Source of the DNA: Lingula anatina
Taxonomy: Eukaryota > Animalia > Brachiopoda
Direction of reading: 5' to 3'
DNA: 64,000 nt
NCBI GenBank assembly: GCA_051362555.1
Contig: CM120646.1
Coordinates: forward strand, 12,834,001 to 12,898,000
Under the pieces are notes generated by a model. That model was given only the letters and a program-made list of their open reading frames with translations, was not told where the DNA came from and ran no database searches. This document shows positions 37,771 to 51,101 of the stretch, piece after piece. A program made the translations under genes and the position numbers. Within the stretch, counting starts at the first letter, position 1. Every line of letters starts with the position of its first letter.

Positions 37771-38420
37771 GCAGGCAGTGCAATATCTGTATGGAATATG
37801 TGCCTGGTTTCTAATAGAAATAAATATTTTAGACCAGTACTTAGGTCTGTAAATTGAGCTGAAGTAGACCAAATAATCTAAGGTAAATTTGTGCAACTGG
37901 CCCCTGATGGCTGTAGCAGTACTCTTAGTGAATGTTGCCGTGGCAATTGCATTAGATGTGAGGAAGGCAGGAATCTGTTAGCAGTATTTGAATTTCTACT
38001 TATGGTGCAGCTTAACAAAATAACAATTTAAGCCTCAGATTAAGTACTTGTATAAAAACTACTAGAAGAAAAGAGAGATTTTGCCAAGTTTCATTTATTG
38101 CCAAGGTTTTAACAAATTAAATTACGGATATTATGGTGTAAATGTTAGAGATAAGACTGTCATATGATATGAGATATTTTTTTAATTGACAGCTTCCTGT
38201 TATGTATATGTGACATTCGAATAACGAAAAAAAGTTAAATCAAAAGTACATAAACAGGAAATGTTGTTTTAAATTTATTTAGAACTTTCAATTTATGAGG
38301 AAGTCTTAACTAAGTCGTTGAACAAAAGCATGATTGTTCGTTGCATTTTTATTAAGGAAAAAAAGATTTGATGCATTTAAAAAGCAGAAAAATATACATA
38401 CTACATTTTTTTCATTTTAG

Positions 38421-38510
38421 GAAAAGTGTAGTGGCAGAAAACCGAAGAATTTTCACAGCCATTCATATTCATTCCTTATCTCATATTCCTGCTTGCTTCA
38501 AGTTTTTCAA
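38421..38510 (+). other. Candidate non-coding (5' UTR) exon of the PHLDB-like gene
   Basis: Acceptor ttttttcattttag| and donor CAA|GTAAGT bound a 90-nt segment. Confidence 0.4.
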
Positions 38511-39417
38511 GTAAGTAAAAAAAATATTGTATTCAGTATAATGAAAAAGTATCATGCCTGCCTGGTCTCTCTTATCCATTTATGTTACTTTATTAAGTTC
38601 GTTTGTTATACTAAAAGTTTTCCAAAGAATTGCTAAGTCGATTGAAATTGAAAATAGATACATGTATTTGGGAACAGTCTGTCCAAAATCTTCTCAGTTG
38701 TTTCTTTGTAATTGTATAGTTTTGTTGAAATAAATATACATTACAACAGTCATTAATGGTACAGAGAGATTGACCAGTGACTGACCTTATGTGAATCACA
38801 CAAACAACTGGCCAATGAACCGGTCAGTGCCTTGATGACCTCACTGTTGACCTGTATCTGGTGTCCTGTTTCCTACATGTAACACTGTCTGTGTTTGGTC
38901 AACCTTAGTGACCAGCAGTCTTGTATCAGACTACGGCTATTGTGTGAGCCTTGGCCCAAGTGACCCTTTCCTATTCTGTGAAATTTGCAGTCAGTCATAC
39001 TTATAAAATTTTACGGCATGTTATTTGATGTTGTCATGCTGGTTGATTATTGTTGATATTTTGTTTGGCATGCTTGATAACTTTGTTTACAGACCTATAC
39101 TTTCAGTAAAAGTAAATAACTTCTTCAAGGTTTCATGTTGCTTGTCTCCCCCCCCCCCCTCCCCCGCCTCATTATCACATGTTATCTAATTTACATTATC
39201 ATTTATCAGAAGCTTTTTATAGGGAAACATTATTTTTGAAGGAAGAACATTAATAAAATCAATAAATGTCTCAAAACTGTCTGTGAATTTCATAATCCTT
39301 TGAAAGTCCCATTTTGGTCAGGGAAAATTGAATATCAGAGAAGTCAGGGAGAAAAAAAAAATCTATGAAGATTTTTATATTTTCTGTGTCTATGTCTTCC
39401 AGTACATCTATGTAGTC

Positions 39418-41896
39418 TTTTTATGTACAGACACAGATGTGTCTGTACATATTGCCATCACCTGCGTCTGTCGTCGCCGTCGCCGATGGCGATGGCGATG
39501 GCGATGCCGATGGCGATGCCGGCGCCGTGCACTTTCCTTGTAAACACGATAAGTGGAGGGCAGTTTTATTTTTTGGCTTTATATTTACAGAGCTGATGAA
39601 TATTCATAAAACGCAGGTCAAGTTCGAAAATCAGCATGATCGGGCCATTATTGTAGAAGTTATGCTGTTTTTTCACTTTTCAGCATATTTTTCACATTTC
39701 CTCAGATTCAATTCTTAGGCATGTTAACAGTCTCATTATTAAACTAATAAGATACGTAAAAGTTTTTGTTTGACATTTCCTGCATCTTTACAACATTGTT
39801 AGTTGATTTTGTAAAAATGATGGTAAACTTGTTATCGTGTATTGTGTAATAAAGTGTCAAAAATGGAAATAAACACATATCATTACAGTTTGTCAGATTC
39901 AATCATCCACTATGTTCAGAATCTCATAATGGAAGAAATTGGACATTTAACACTGCTCTGTTGATATTTTTCCCATCTCATCAATTTCCTTAGTTGATCA
40001 TATAAAAATGGCAGTAAACTGTTAATTTTGTTATATGTTAAAAATTGTTAAAAATTGAAAAAAAAAAAAATTTCAGAACAGTGCTGTCTTGTTTACATTT
40101 TGGCATTTTCAAGTTGTGACTTTTAAATTCCATGGGCCTGAAGACCTTTGCTAGTCACATTTTTATGTACAGACACAGATGTGTCTGTACATATTGCCAT
40201 CACCTGTGTCTGTCGTCGCCGTCGCCGTCGTTGCCGTCGCCGGCGCCGTGCACTTTCCTTGTAAACACGATAAGTGGAAGGCAGTTTTACTTTTTGGCTT
40301 TATATTTACAGAGCTGATGAATATTCATAAAACGCAGGTCAAGTTCGAAAATCAGCATGATCGGGCCATTATTGTAGAAATTATGCTGTTTTTTTCACTT
40401 TTCAGCATATATGCAACACTGTAAACACAATATAAGAAAAACAGACAGGCCAATTGTCATTAAACTCACAGGAGTGATCAATCCTGCTAAAACGCAGGTT
40501 GAGTTAAAAAATCAGCATAATCGGGCCATTATTTTAGAAGTTATGCTGTTTTTTCACATTTCCTCAGATTCAATTCTTAGGCATGTTAACAGTTTCATTA
40601 TTTAATTAATAAGATACGTGAAAGTGTTTGTTTGACATTTCCTGCATCTTAACAACATTGTTAGTTGATGTTGTTAAAATGATGGTAAACTTGTTATCGT
40701 GTATTGTGTAATAAAGTTTCAAAAGTGGAAATAAACTCATATCATTGCAGTTTGTCAGATTCAATCATTCACTATGTTCAGAATCTCAGAATGGAAGAAA
40801 TTGGACATTTAACACTGCTCTATTGATATTTTTCCCATCTCATCAATTTTCTTAGTTGATCATATAAAAATGGCAGTACACTGTTGATTTTGTTTTATGT
40901 TAAAAATTGTTAAAAATGGGAAAAAAACATTTCAGAACAGTGCGGTCTTGCTTACATTTTGGCATTTTCAAGTTGTGACTTTGAAGTTCCATGGGCCTGA
41001 AGACCTTTGCTAGTCACATTTTCTGAATATCCATGATACTAATATTTTATTTTTAAAAATTGATGGTCATTATGCTGTTAAACATTATGTAATATTGTAT
41101 CAAAATTTGAAAAAAACCTATTTTGGGCACTGCTCCCATGATGACCATTTAAGAAAAACCATGTGACTTACTGTTCTCAAATAGTACAGTAAATATGTAC
41201 AGATGTGTCTGTACATATTGCCATCACCTACGTCTGTCATCGCAGTCGCTGTCGCCGGCGCTGTGCACTTTCATTGTATGTGGGATAAGTGGAAGGCAGT
41301 TTTACTTTTTGGCTGTTTGGTAATTCTTACTGCCAGTTAACAGTTTTTTTGTGAAAATTTAATTTTTCACATATTGGCATTTTCAAGGTGTGATTTTGAA
41401 GTTCCACGGGCTTGAAGACCCATGCTAGTCACATTTTCTGAAAATCCATGATACATATGTTTTATTATTAAAAATTGACGGTCATTATGCTGTTAACCAT
41501 TATGTAATATTGCATCAGAATAGAAGAAAACACAATTTTGGGTGCTGCTGCCATGATGACCATTATGGGAAAACCGTGTTACTTATAATTGCCATACTTT
41601 CAAAAAAGAAATACAGGACTAAAATGCAGCCTGAGTTGGAAAAGCAGTCTAATTGGCTTCTTTTTCTGGAAGTTATACATTTTCAAAGTGTGAACTTGAA
41701 CTCCCATGGGCCTGAAGCCTTATGCTTGTTACACATTTTACTTACATTGGTATTACCTGTTGAGCATAATTAAAATTTGATGTTGAATTTGCAGTTTAAC
41801 ATAATGTACTTTTGCATCAGAATTGACAGTAGCCTATTTTGTGCATAGTTATTTCCTGTTTTTTGTCTGTACATTTGACAGCTTTGCTGCCTTGTT
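39418..41896 (+). mobile_element. HINE-like element, family B, composite copy 2 (truncated unit 39418-40160 plus full unit 40161-41896)
   Basis: Highly similar to 34658-36175. The head sequence restarts at 40161 and a degenerate head occurs at ~41195. Same 3' end as copy 1. Confidence 0.82.
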
Positions 41897-43180
41897 TTTT
41901 TTTAGTTCCTAGTCATTTATAGTTATAGAATTTGATTTACCTATTCTCAATGCCTCAACCCATCTGTAAGATTTATCTTTGTTAAATTTTGAAATTTGAA
42001 TGTTTGTTATATTGTAAATCATAATAAAATCAGTTCGATGAAAAAACTGTACATTGATTGGATGGCTGCCGAGGACATGGAGGCAGAAAAATTATGTAGT
42101 ATTGGTCAGTGCAAAGTTGGTGAAAAGTCAGGGAATTTTATTTTCTCAACTAAATGGCAGTCATGAAATAACTTTACACTGGCTGCCTTTGGTGAGCTAT
42201 AGTTGAGTGGAAATACAACTTAAAGGACCCCCCCCCTCCCCCGTCTCTTAGGAATAACCACTTTTCATACCTTAGGTATAATCACTTTCCGTCTCTGGTA
42301 TAATGCTCAGCAAGAGCTCTTCATTTCTGTATTTTGGTATGGTCCCTTTGCAGGCAGAACATTTTATTTTGGATCTGTACCTTTTAGACACAATTTGTAC
42401 TACAGAATGATTCCTTACCTTTCCTCAACCTAATTGCCAGCAGCTTATATCTCAAATTGCTTGGTAGCCACTGCAAAGAGTATATTGCTCACCAAGAACT
42501 CGGCTGGAAAAACACTTTTGGTATGGCCCCCTTCCAGCCAGAACACATTAGCGTGTTAGAACTATCAGCTTACTCAGTGGCTTACACCAGCCTATTTCGC
42601 ACACTTCCAGCTTCCAGCCAAGTTTGCAGTATTTGGGCCAGCGTCTGGAAACCCCTGCTGTCATTTAAGAAGAGAGAGCAACGTAGACCAAGTCACAGGT
42701 AAGCTGTTATCTCACATTATACACTATAAGCTGGGGTTTTGAGATTCTGAAACTGGGCATGCTAGGACTGGAATCCTGAATATTGTGTGGGATGGAATGG
42801 CCTGACTCTATGCTCTGTCTGCCATTTACTATCTAGGCCTCGCTCCAAGGAGAGGAGTCGGCTTTGGCAGTCCTTCAATTGGGACGGCAGAGGTCTTGGC
42901 GTTGGTGCCCCGAACCTCTTAGCTTTTCATCTGTTTGCTTTTCTTTTGGATTGATAGTGTTACTTTTAAGGTGTTGTTGTATTGTAGATAATGACTCAGT
43001 TCTTTACATGTCAGAATTGACTTAGAAGTTGTAGAACTTTTGGAAAAGTTGTAGACTTCATGGAGAAGAGCAGTAGCAGATGGTTGGGTAATTGAGAGGT
43101 AGGAAACTGGCAGTATTTCTGTGATTAGGTATCATATATGTCATGATATATAGAACTTGAAATATTGCTATGCAGATGGG

Positions 43181-43185
<5 letters not shown>

Positions 43186-43234
<49 letters not shown>
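43186..43234. repeat. (CT)n microsatellite
   Basis: Directly visible. Confidence 0.95.
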
Positions 43235-43237
<3 letters not shown>

Positions 43238-43681
43238 CCCTTTCCTTGATGCTTAAACAAATTTAAAATCAAAAGTTTTTAGTTTTATTGCCTCCTCTCT
43301 TTCAAAAAAATAATAATAAGAAGAAGAAAATACAGAAGAAAAAATTAAAAGACAAGAATAGAAAGAAAGGTAATGGAAGAAAGAAAAAAAACTGCTGTTA
43401 CCAGAACAATAGATCTTTAATTTTGACCAAACTTCAGCAATAAACAGAGCTCTTTTCTTAATATTTCCATAAGTCATTCCTGGTGTGTACAGGGTACTGA
43501 AGGGGAAATGACAACCATATGTGTCACACTGTTTATTTCCATGGTACTGATGTCAGGAAGATATAGTTTCAGTTCCAGCTGATGGAGTTTCTCCACCACA
43601 CCCACTCTCACTTGTACAAGACATGTTTTAACTCATCTGGTTCTAATTTTTGGTAAACACTGTACAATTTTTTTGTCTTGT

Positions 43682-43723
<42 letters not shown>

Positions 43724-44684
43724 ATTATACAGATAAGCATTTGCAACATTTTCAATGATTAAATGCAGGTTTTGTATGTTAAAACACACTGAAGAAAAAG
43801 GAAAAGCAGATGATATATGTACTAAGAAATTTGGTCAGTCATATGCCCTTCTGTGGGTTTTCACTCTGTCGAGCCATGTTTGTTTAGTTATCAGGTATAT
43901 TGCCCAAGGGGGAGGAGGAGATATCTGGTTTGTTTAGTGATGTATCAACACTTTACTCATTTACAAGTCAGTTTGTATAAACATGACATCATGGCAAAAA
44001 TAGTACCTGTGTTTGTCTGTCTGTCTGTCTGTCTCTCTGTCTGTCTGACTGTCTATGTATATATTGCCTCACTGTTGGGGTATATGTTTATCTATGTGTT
44101 TGTTCCTCTTTCTTTCCGTTTGTATGTCTGCTTGATTTTTATCAGTGCATTTGTATATGTACTATCTTCCATGTTTGTCTGCCTATCTGCTATTCTGTGT
44201 TTGTGGCTATCTATCTGTCTGTCTATTTAAATAAGTCTGTCTTGGTCTGTCTGTCTGTCTGTCTACTTGTCTTTTTCCTTGAAATCTTGCCTTAGCATTT
44301 GTCTTCATACCACATCAGCAAGCCAGAGAGAGAGAGAGAGGGATAAGCTGCCATCTATCACTCATTCATTAGAGTTAACCTGGCCTCATAGAACACTGGC
44401 ACCACACAGCCCTGTTGTGTAAACAGGCATAACGTACCTTTATGATTCTATAATGTTTGTTCTCCCACACGCACATGTGACCCACAACCACCAGCATTAG
44501 CTAGATTTCCCCCTTTCTCAGTGGGAAAAGATACACACAGTGAGTCATGGGCTAAAATTGCAGCTGGCAATGCCCCCACTGTGTCGGAGTGGTCTGGAGT
44601 GTGTTGATATCATCGTTGAATGTGATATCTTTATTTCGGAATTGTTGATAAGGTAATAGTCCAATAAATGCTGCTCTGGCAATT

Positions 44685-44968
44685 TTTTTATCCCCGCGCT
44701 TGTGGGACAGAAGTCGGGGATCATGTTTTCCTGCCCGTCCATGAGTGTGTGAATCTGTGCATCTGTGTATTAGTAATTTTTGCTATCTCCTCCTGGACCA
44801 TTAAAATTAGGAAGTTGAAACATTGGGGATTGATAGACCTATCATCAGGAATGTGCTTGGGCACTTTGGAATTGGGCTGTCCCTGGAGGTGGTTGATTCT
44901 AAGTTCTCTACATCTTTACAATGTGGGGAAGTGCGGGGATATGCACTGACACCATCAATTTTCTATTT
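44685..44968 (+). mobile_element. Short, degenerate HINE/DINE-like element
   Basis: T-run start, subTIR TATCCCCGC with nearby IR CGGGGAT, GTCC/TGTG microsatellite-like block, 3' subTIR GCGGGGATA, end TTCTATTT. Confidence 0.6.
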
Positions 44969-47900
44969 CCATTTGTATCATGTTATATGATATACCATGA
45001 GCTCTCAGTGCTCTGTTTGATAAGTCATTCCTAGTTTTGCTCAGAGTGGCATTTTTTACTGTGAGGGACCTGCATGTCTATCACAGCATATTTCCTTGTG
45101 TGCCATGTCAAAACATTAATAAAAATATTGTTCAAACAAGTTCCATATCTCTGTTTGAAATGATACGGTTCTGGGCATTTAGAAGTTGCTTCCTTTCGAT
45201 GGATTTTTCTATGAAAAAGAGACTGCCTTTATTTTGGCAGCTGAATTTTTTGGAAATGATAGGTAATATAGTATTCTGTTTCTTGGCTTTGGAGGATTTT
45301 AGACTATAATAACTTACGTAGTTGTGATTACCAAGCCTGTTCACATTTAGGCAGTAGTTTAGAAACTTGAAAACTAAGATTTTATTGATAGATGTCAGAA
45401 ATATTTCAAATTCCACTGTAACACATATCCACAGTCTCCATGCATTGCTGTGCTGATTTATGAAGTGAGATAAAAGACATGTTTCACTTCAGTTTCCGTA
45501 TATCAGAAAATTGAATTCTAGAACTCTGTATGACATAACTGGAAACAGATGGGGAAGTGTATAAATTACAGCTTTTAGAAAATAGGTATTGTTTGGCAGG
45601 CAGCAGAGAATAGGGTTGTTGTAAGTATGGCATGATGAGGCTGCTGTTTTAAAATGTTGTAATAGTGTGTTAGTTGAGATTGGTATCTTCCGTGAGTGAC
45701 ATTGTGCTGGTTGAGATCGATAACTGTGACATAATGATAATTTAGACAAGTTATTATGACTTTGTCAGGTGAGGTTGGTGATTTTGGCCTTTATATTTGT
45801 TGAGGTGAATTGTGAAATTGTTGCCATCTTATTTGTGAAAGTTGAGATGGTTTATCAAAAAAGACATTGTGTTAATTGAGATCTTTAATTAGGAAATTGT
45901 GTTAGTTGAGTAGGGTTGTCCAAATGGACATTGTGTTGGTTTAGAGCAGTAATTGTGCAAGTTGAGGTCAGTGCATCCATTTGTGACATTCTGTTACTTG
46001 AGAGAAATTATTACGATAATTTGTTAGCCCAAGTAAGTAATTTCAGCATTTTGCTAGTTGACTTTAAGTCCTCGTAACTGCATTTTTGAATTCAGGAGAT
46101 TGCTCACAGTGTGGTGTATAAAACCAGTTGAAATGACAATGATGATTGAAATGACTATGATGATTTGCATATTATTGGTGTTAAATTTATCTAACTTCTC
46201 TTAGTGCAATAACAAACGTCCTTGTAAATCACAAATGCAGTTGATGATTGCTTCACATTCTGCAGAAAGCAATAGGGATTATACTTGGTAGTTATCAGTA
46301 AGTTAATTCACCATTCAGTGGCTAATATTTGTCAAATTTGGACTTAAAACCTGACATTTTCTCTACTCATATTATTAGCGCCATACCACAGCTGCCAAGG
46401 GAAGAGAAGTGTCAAGTAGTTAGGACCAACTCTTGTTCCCCGAAACCGTAGAGCAGAAGCTGTTTTGTTACCAGGAAAATAGCTTTTATCAGATTCTCTT
46501 AACACTAAAGTATACTTCACACACTTTGAAGTGTAAATCTGATTGTATCAGTGACATATGTTGAGAGGGATATAAACATATATTTTCAAAAAGAAAGATG
46601 AAAAATAGAAAAAGTGGGTGTTTCATTTGAACTCCAAGTGCCCTGATCCTAGAGTGTTTTTAGCTTTCATATTAATAGTCTCACTGTGAAATAATTGTTC
46701 ATGTTTTATTGCTCTACGATTTTAATAATTACTTTCTCATAGTCGAGTTTTATGTAATGCTGTTTCAGAGATTTGCGTGATGTTTCATTCATACGTTGAT
46801 TAGTTTTTCTGTGAAAATGATATTAAACAGGATGCTATCATTATAATGAAACATCAATTTCTTGGAAAAGTTTCATTTTAGTCAAAAATGTTATATAGAA
46901 TCAGCATGATGTTGGGTTTAACTTTCAGTTTAAAATTCAGTGGAAATCAGGAAAAAAATACTCCCCATACAGCAACATCTAGAGTGTTTTGTCTGTTATG
47001 CAGATTGTTTGCAATGCAGGAGACCAACTCTCTCATCCATTAACCTGTGTTTCTGAATTTACAATACTGTGTTGTTGCTCTGGATGTTTTGAAATCACAG
47101 GCACATCCAAGGAAAGAAAACAAACACAAAGAAGGCAAGAGTAATGGATACAAATAGTGTCGCTTTACCTTTCTAAGTGCTTAAAGTTTTATGTCTTTTT
47201 TGAAGACACAGTATAGATCAATACAAACTGAGCATATTTTATTCATAAGCATTTCTCTTTTTTTTTGTTTTGTGTATTTATAGATTATATTAGTGATAAT
47301 GGATTTGTCATGTGCAGGATATCCTTATTCATTGATGGTAGTTGTCAATTATACAACTTGAATGAATAATTGTAGTTATTCATTGTGCAACTTTATTGGT
47401 TTACAAATACTCCCACCCACCCACCTAAACACCCACCCCCTCTGTCGGCAAATATGACAGTTCAACCAAGAGCTTTTTCTTTATGGTTGCCTTTATTGTT
47501 GACCTAACTTCCATTTTTATTGACCCCATACATTCAGGAAATGAATAAACTGTTGTAGGATGCAATCTCTCTCTAGAGGTTTACCACAGAAGAAAGTGAG
47601 AAACAGAGACTGAAGACTAGTGATGAGAACTGAACATTATTGCTAAAATGAACACTTCTTTTAAAACAACTTGTTAAAACAACTTGAACAGATCTTTTAA
47701 ACTATTTAAGTAAACGCCAAACTATATTATCAACTTGACTGTTGAGAAAAAAAAATGAAACTTTGGGTTAACTTTCCGATTTGTGATATCTTAGATGTGA
47801 CTTATCATTATAGATTGTTTACTGGATTAATTGATTGTTTGCTTTAATTTTTGATAAAAAAGTGAAAATAAAGCCAAAACTACTAAACAAAATGACAGAA

Positions 47901-50900
47901 TAAAATAAACTGTCAACAAAAAGTCAATTCCCATAAGTACTTGTTTTACACAAGTCATTCAAACACTCTGTGGATGATTTAGGAAATAGGGGGGAAATGC
48001 CTGTGGTGAAACAAAAACAACTTCACTGGTACTCCCAAGCTGGTGAGGCATGGACATAAATAACCAAATAAATTGCACTGAATGAAACCACCCAATGTGA
48101 AAATACAGCTGTCAGAAAGGGGAGTTGGTGGGATAATGAAATTTGCTGGAGTGAATTTGGTAAGCAAGGCATCCCATGTATTGTGTAAGGGGAATTGTGG
48201 TCTTTAGGTTTTTCACTTTTAGGTAGTTGAGAAGGTTGTTGGGTTATAGGAGTCGGTGTATTGTGTTAGGTGAGACATAATGTGTTAGGTGAGACAGTGT
48301 ATTGCATCGGGTGAGACAACGTAGTGTGTTTGGTGGGACATCGTGTTGCGTTAGCTGAGGCATTGTGTTAGTAAAAAAACTACAATATAACACATTGTTA
48401 TAAGCCTCCTTTATGCACCACCCTTATATGTTGCTTACAAAGTCAATTACAATTATTTTCATCATTGATATATAGCTTTAGTCAAAGAGAAATGTTTTTT
48501 TTTTTTTTTTCATAACATTAGGAAAAAGCCTAGATATGTTAGCCTGCTAATTGGAAGTATAATCTCTTTCATTGAGATGGCAATACTAAAACTTATAAAA
48601 CCATGCTATGTGGGCATTATATTTTCAACATATTCACAGGCTGGTTCTCTATAATCATCCTGTGTTACAAACATCATTGGGAAATACTACAAATTAAAGA
48701 CAAGACACCATCAGGACTTTAGTTATTCACTGACGCCATGGAAGAAATGGAAGATTTCTATACACACATTCTTTCTTTGCCATCCCTTATTTTCCTCGCC
48801 CAAGTATTTCCAGGACTTGGGCCCTCTCTGGCATTTAGAGATGGAATTGGTAATAATTGGTTATCAACCGTCCTTATATGACCTGGGAAATGAGTTTTCC
48901 CTGTGTTGCTGAAAAGAAAAAAATGAGAAAAAGCTGATATGTTGGTGAGCTTACAGTATGGAGCTCTAACATTAAGAAATAGGGTACTGGATTGAAAATG
49001 TAAAGGTTTTTTAAAAGAAAAGCGTAGATTTTTATTGAATCGCATGTTAGCAATTTTGTTTGTAGAAATAGATTACATAAAAGTGGATAGGAGAGGTGGG
49101 GATGGAGGAGAATGGGAAGTTCAGATATTGAGCTATTTCTTTGTGTTATTTTGTGTGAGAGATTGGTATAGAAAAGGTCATTATTCAGCTGAGTGTGTTT
49201 CAGATTATATCTCTCATTTCTTGGAAAGTCCAGGGAGAGTACTGGTAATTGTGGCGTGTGGTCTGTTAAAAGCTAAAACCTGGTACAGTGTGGAACTGGT
49301 GGCCCTCTGTTGAGCCGTTTTCAGGTCATGGTGGTTTAAGGTGAATTTTTTATCTACATATTACTTGGAATTCTTAGAATCTATACAAATATTGTTTTAA
49401 AAATGATCTGAAAATACTGGAACACACAAAACATGAAAAATTTTAAGATCAGATCTGTAACATCATTGCATATTAGATTATAAGAGCTTAAAAGTTTACT
49501 CAAAGGTGACATTAAGTCAAGGGGATCTTGATCAATTTTACAGGTAATTCTCTTTTCTGTTTTGTTGCATTTGCTGTTTGTTTCTCCATCTGGTCTTGTG
49601 TCTCTTCACATTGATGGTATAGCATTATCCTAGTAATGACAAATGTCTCCAGAGATTACTGATTTTATTGTTTCTTTGCTATGTCCATCTTCATTCCTTT
49701 TATTTGTACATTCTATTATTGAGTCAGGTAATAGTTACATATTGGATTTGCATGAAAATTTCATTCATTGTCTTCATGATCTATTTATCTTGTAGGCTAT
49801 AGCTGTAATAATCATGAATTCAGGATGAGTCAACTCATTTCAAAGTTATCACAACCTAATTTGCCGCTCATAATTTCCTAATTTAGGTTTCTTGTTTGAA
49901 CACTTCTTGGCTGCTTGCATTCATTTTGATTGGGTAAAGAGTGCCATTACAGGGATTAATCTACAAAAAACTACAAAAATCAATTTCCCTGTTTTTCCCG
50001 ATGTTGTGACCCTGAAAAAACAAATAGGAAATCAACAATATTGTGTGGGGAACCCCAAGTGTAAGTAATTCCAATTATGAAAAACAAACTGATTCTAAGA
50101 CAGGTTTTGTAAGATGGGATTTGCTGTTTCTTGTTGGCCTATTCATGAAGGAAAAGAACATTTTCACCAATAGTGAACCAGTCTGTATTGGCTTATTCTG
50201 CTCGGAACGTTTTCACTTTAACCTGCTATAACATAAATGGGGCTATCAGAAATCTGTTGTCTGTTACCATGGTCCCAAGAAGCCTAATATTTTACCATAC
50301 TACTACTTTAAAAAGATAAACTGGGGATATGTACCATCACATTTATTAAAGGTCCCTCTGTTTTTAGGGCAGGAAAAAGGAGCACACAGGCTCTTATGGG
50401 CCATGGTAATGTGTGCTTATTTAAAAGGAAGTTTCTTACAGATGCTGAACTTCAGGGTAGTAGGCAGTGATAAAGTAGAAACAATCTCTGAAACTATTGT
50501 ACATTTGGTAATAAAATAGAAAATGGGCTATCCAGTATCTAAGGTCATTGCACAGGCTGTGGGCAAAATATGTTTTCTATTCAGTGATATAACCTGAAAT
50601 GACTTCAACTTTTGCTTGATTTTATCTCTACCTTGTTACTGCCTTTATCTGTATTGAAAAATTAATGAAATGTAAATTATTTAGGAACTAATGTGTAAAA
50701 TAGATATTGGTAGGAAGAGATATATTTCAAGACAGAATATATATAGTTAAGACGGTTTCATAATCTTTAGTAAAAAAGTTGTTTTATCACATTTAAGTAT
50801 CAATAAAAATTGATAAATAATTGAGTAATTAAAAAAAAAGCTTAGAATTAAAATAGGAAAACTATATAATCAAGTCATTTGGTGTACTGTTGGTCAAGGA

Positions 50901-51052
50901 TGAGGTCTTTGTCCCATCATGATTGTTAACTGTGTTATTAGGTTATATAGTAGAAATACTATGGTGCTGCATTGCTTTGATAATTGTCTGACAGTATGGA
51001 ATAATAAAACTTAGTCTTTCTGGCTTGTAAACCCAAATCTTAAGCAAAATGG

Positions 51053-51101
<49 letters not shown>

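Noticed and set aside
34641-41773. Repeated ORFs (MCLYILPSPASVV...; MQPELEKQSNW...)
   Set aside because: They recur only because they lie in copies of a non-coding HINE family. There are no Rep/helicase or transposase motifs.
42407-42698. Open frame ending at a strong donor (CAG|GTAAG)
   Set aside because: It ends in phase 2, incompatible with the phase-0 PHLDB exons found, and has no recognisable homology. At most a non-coding exon.
48737-48881. GCCATGG-initiated short ORF MEEMEDFYTH...
   Set aside because: Only weak donors and no recognisable similarity.
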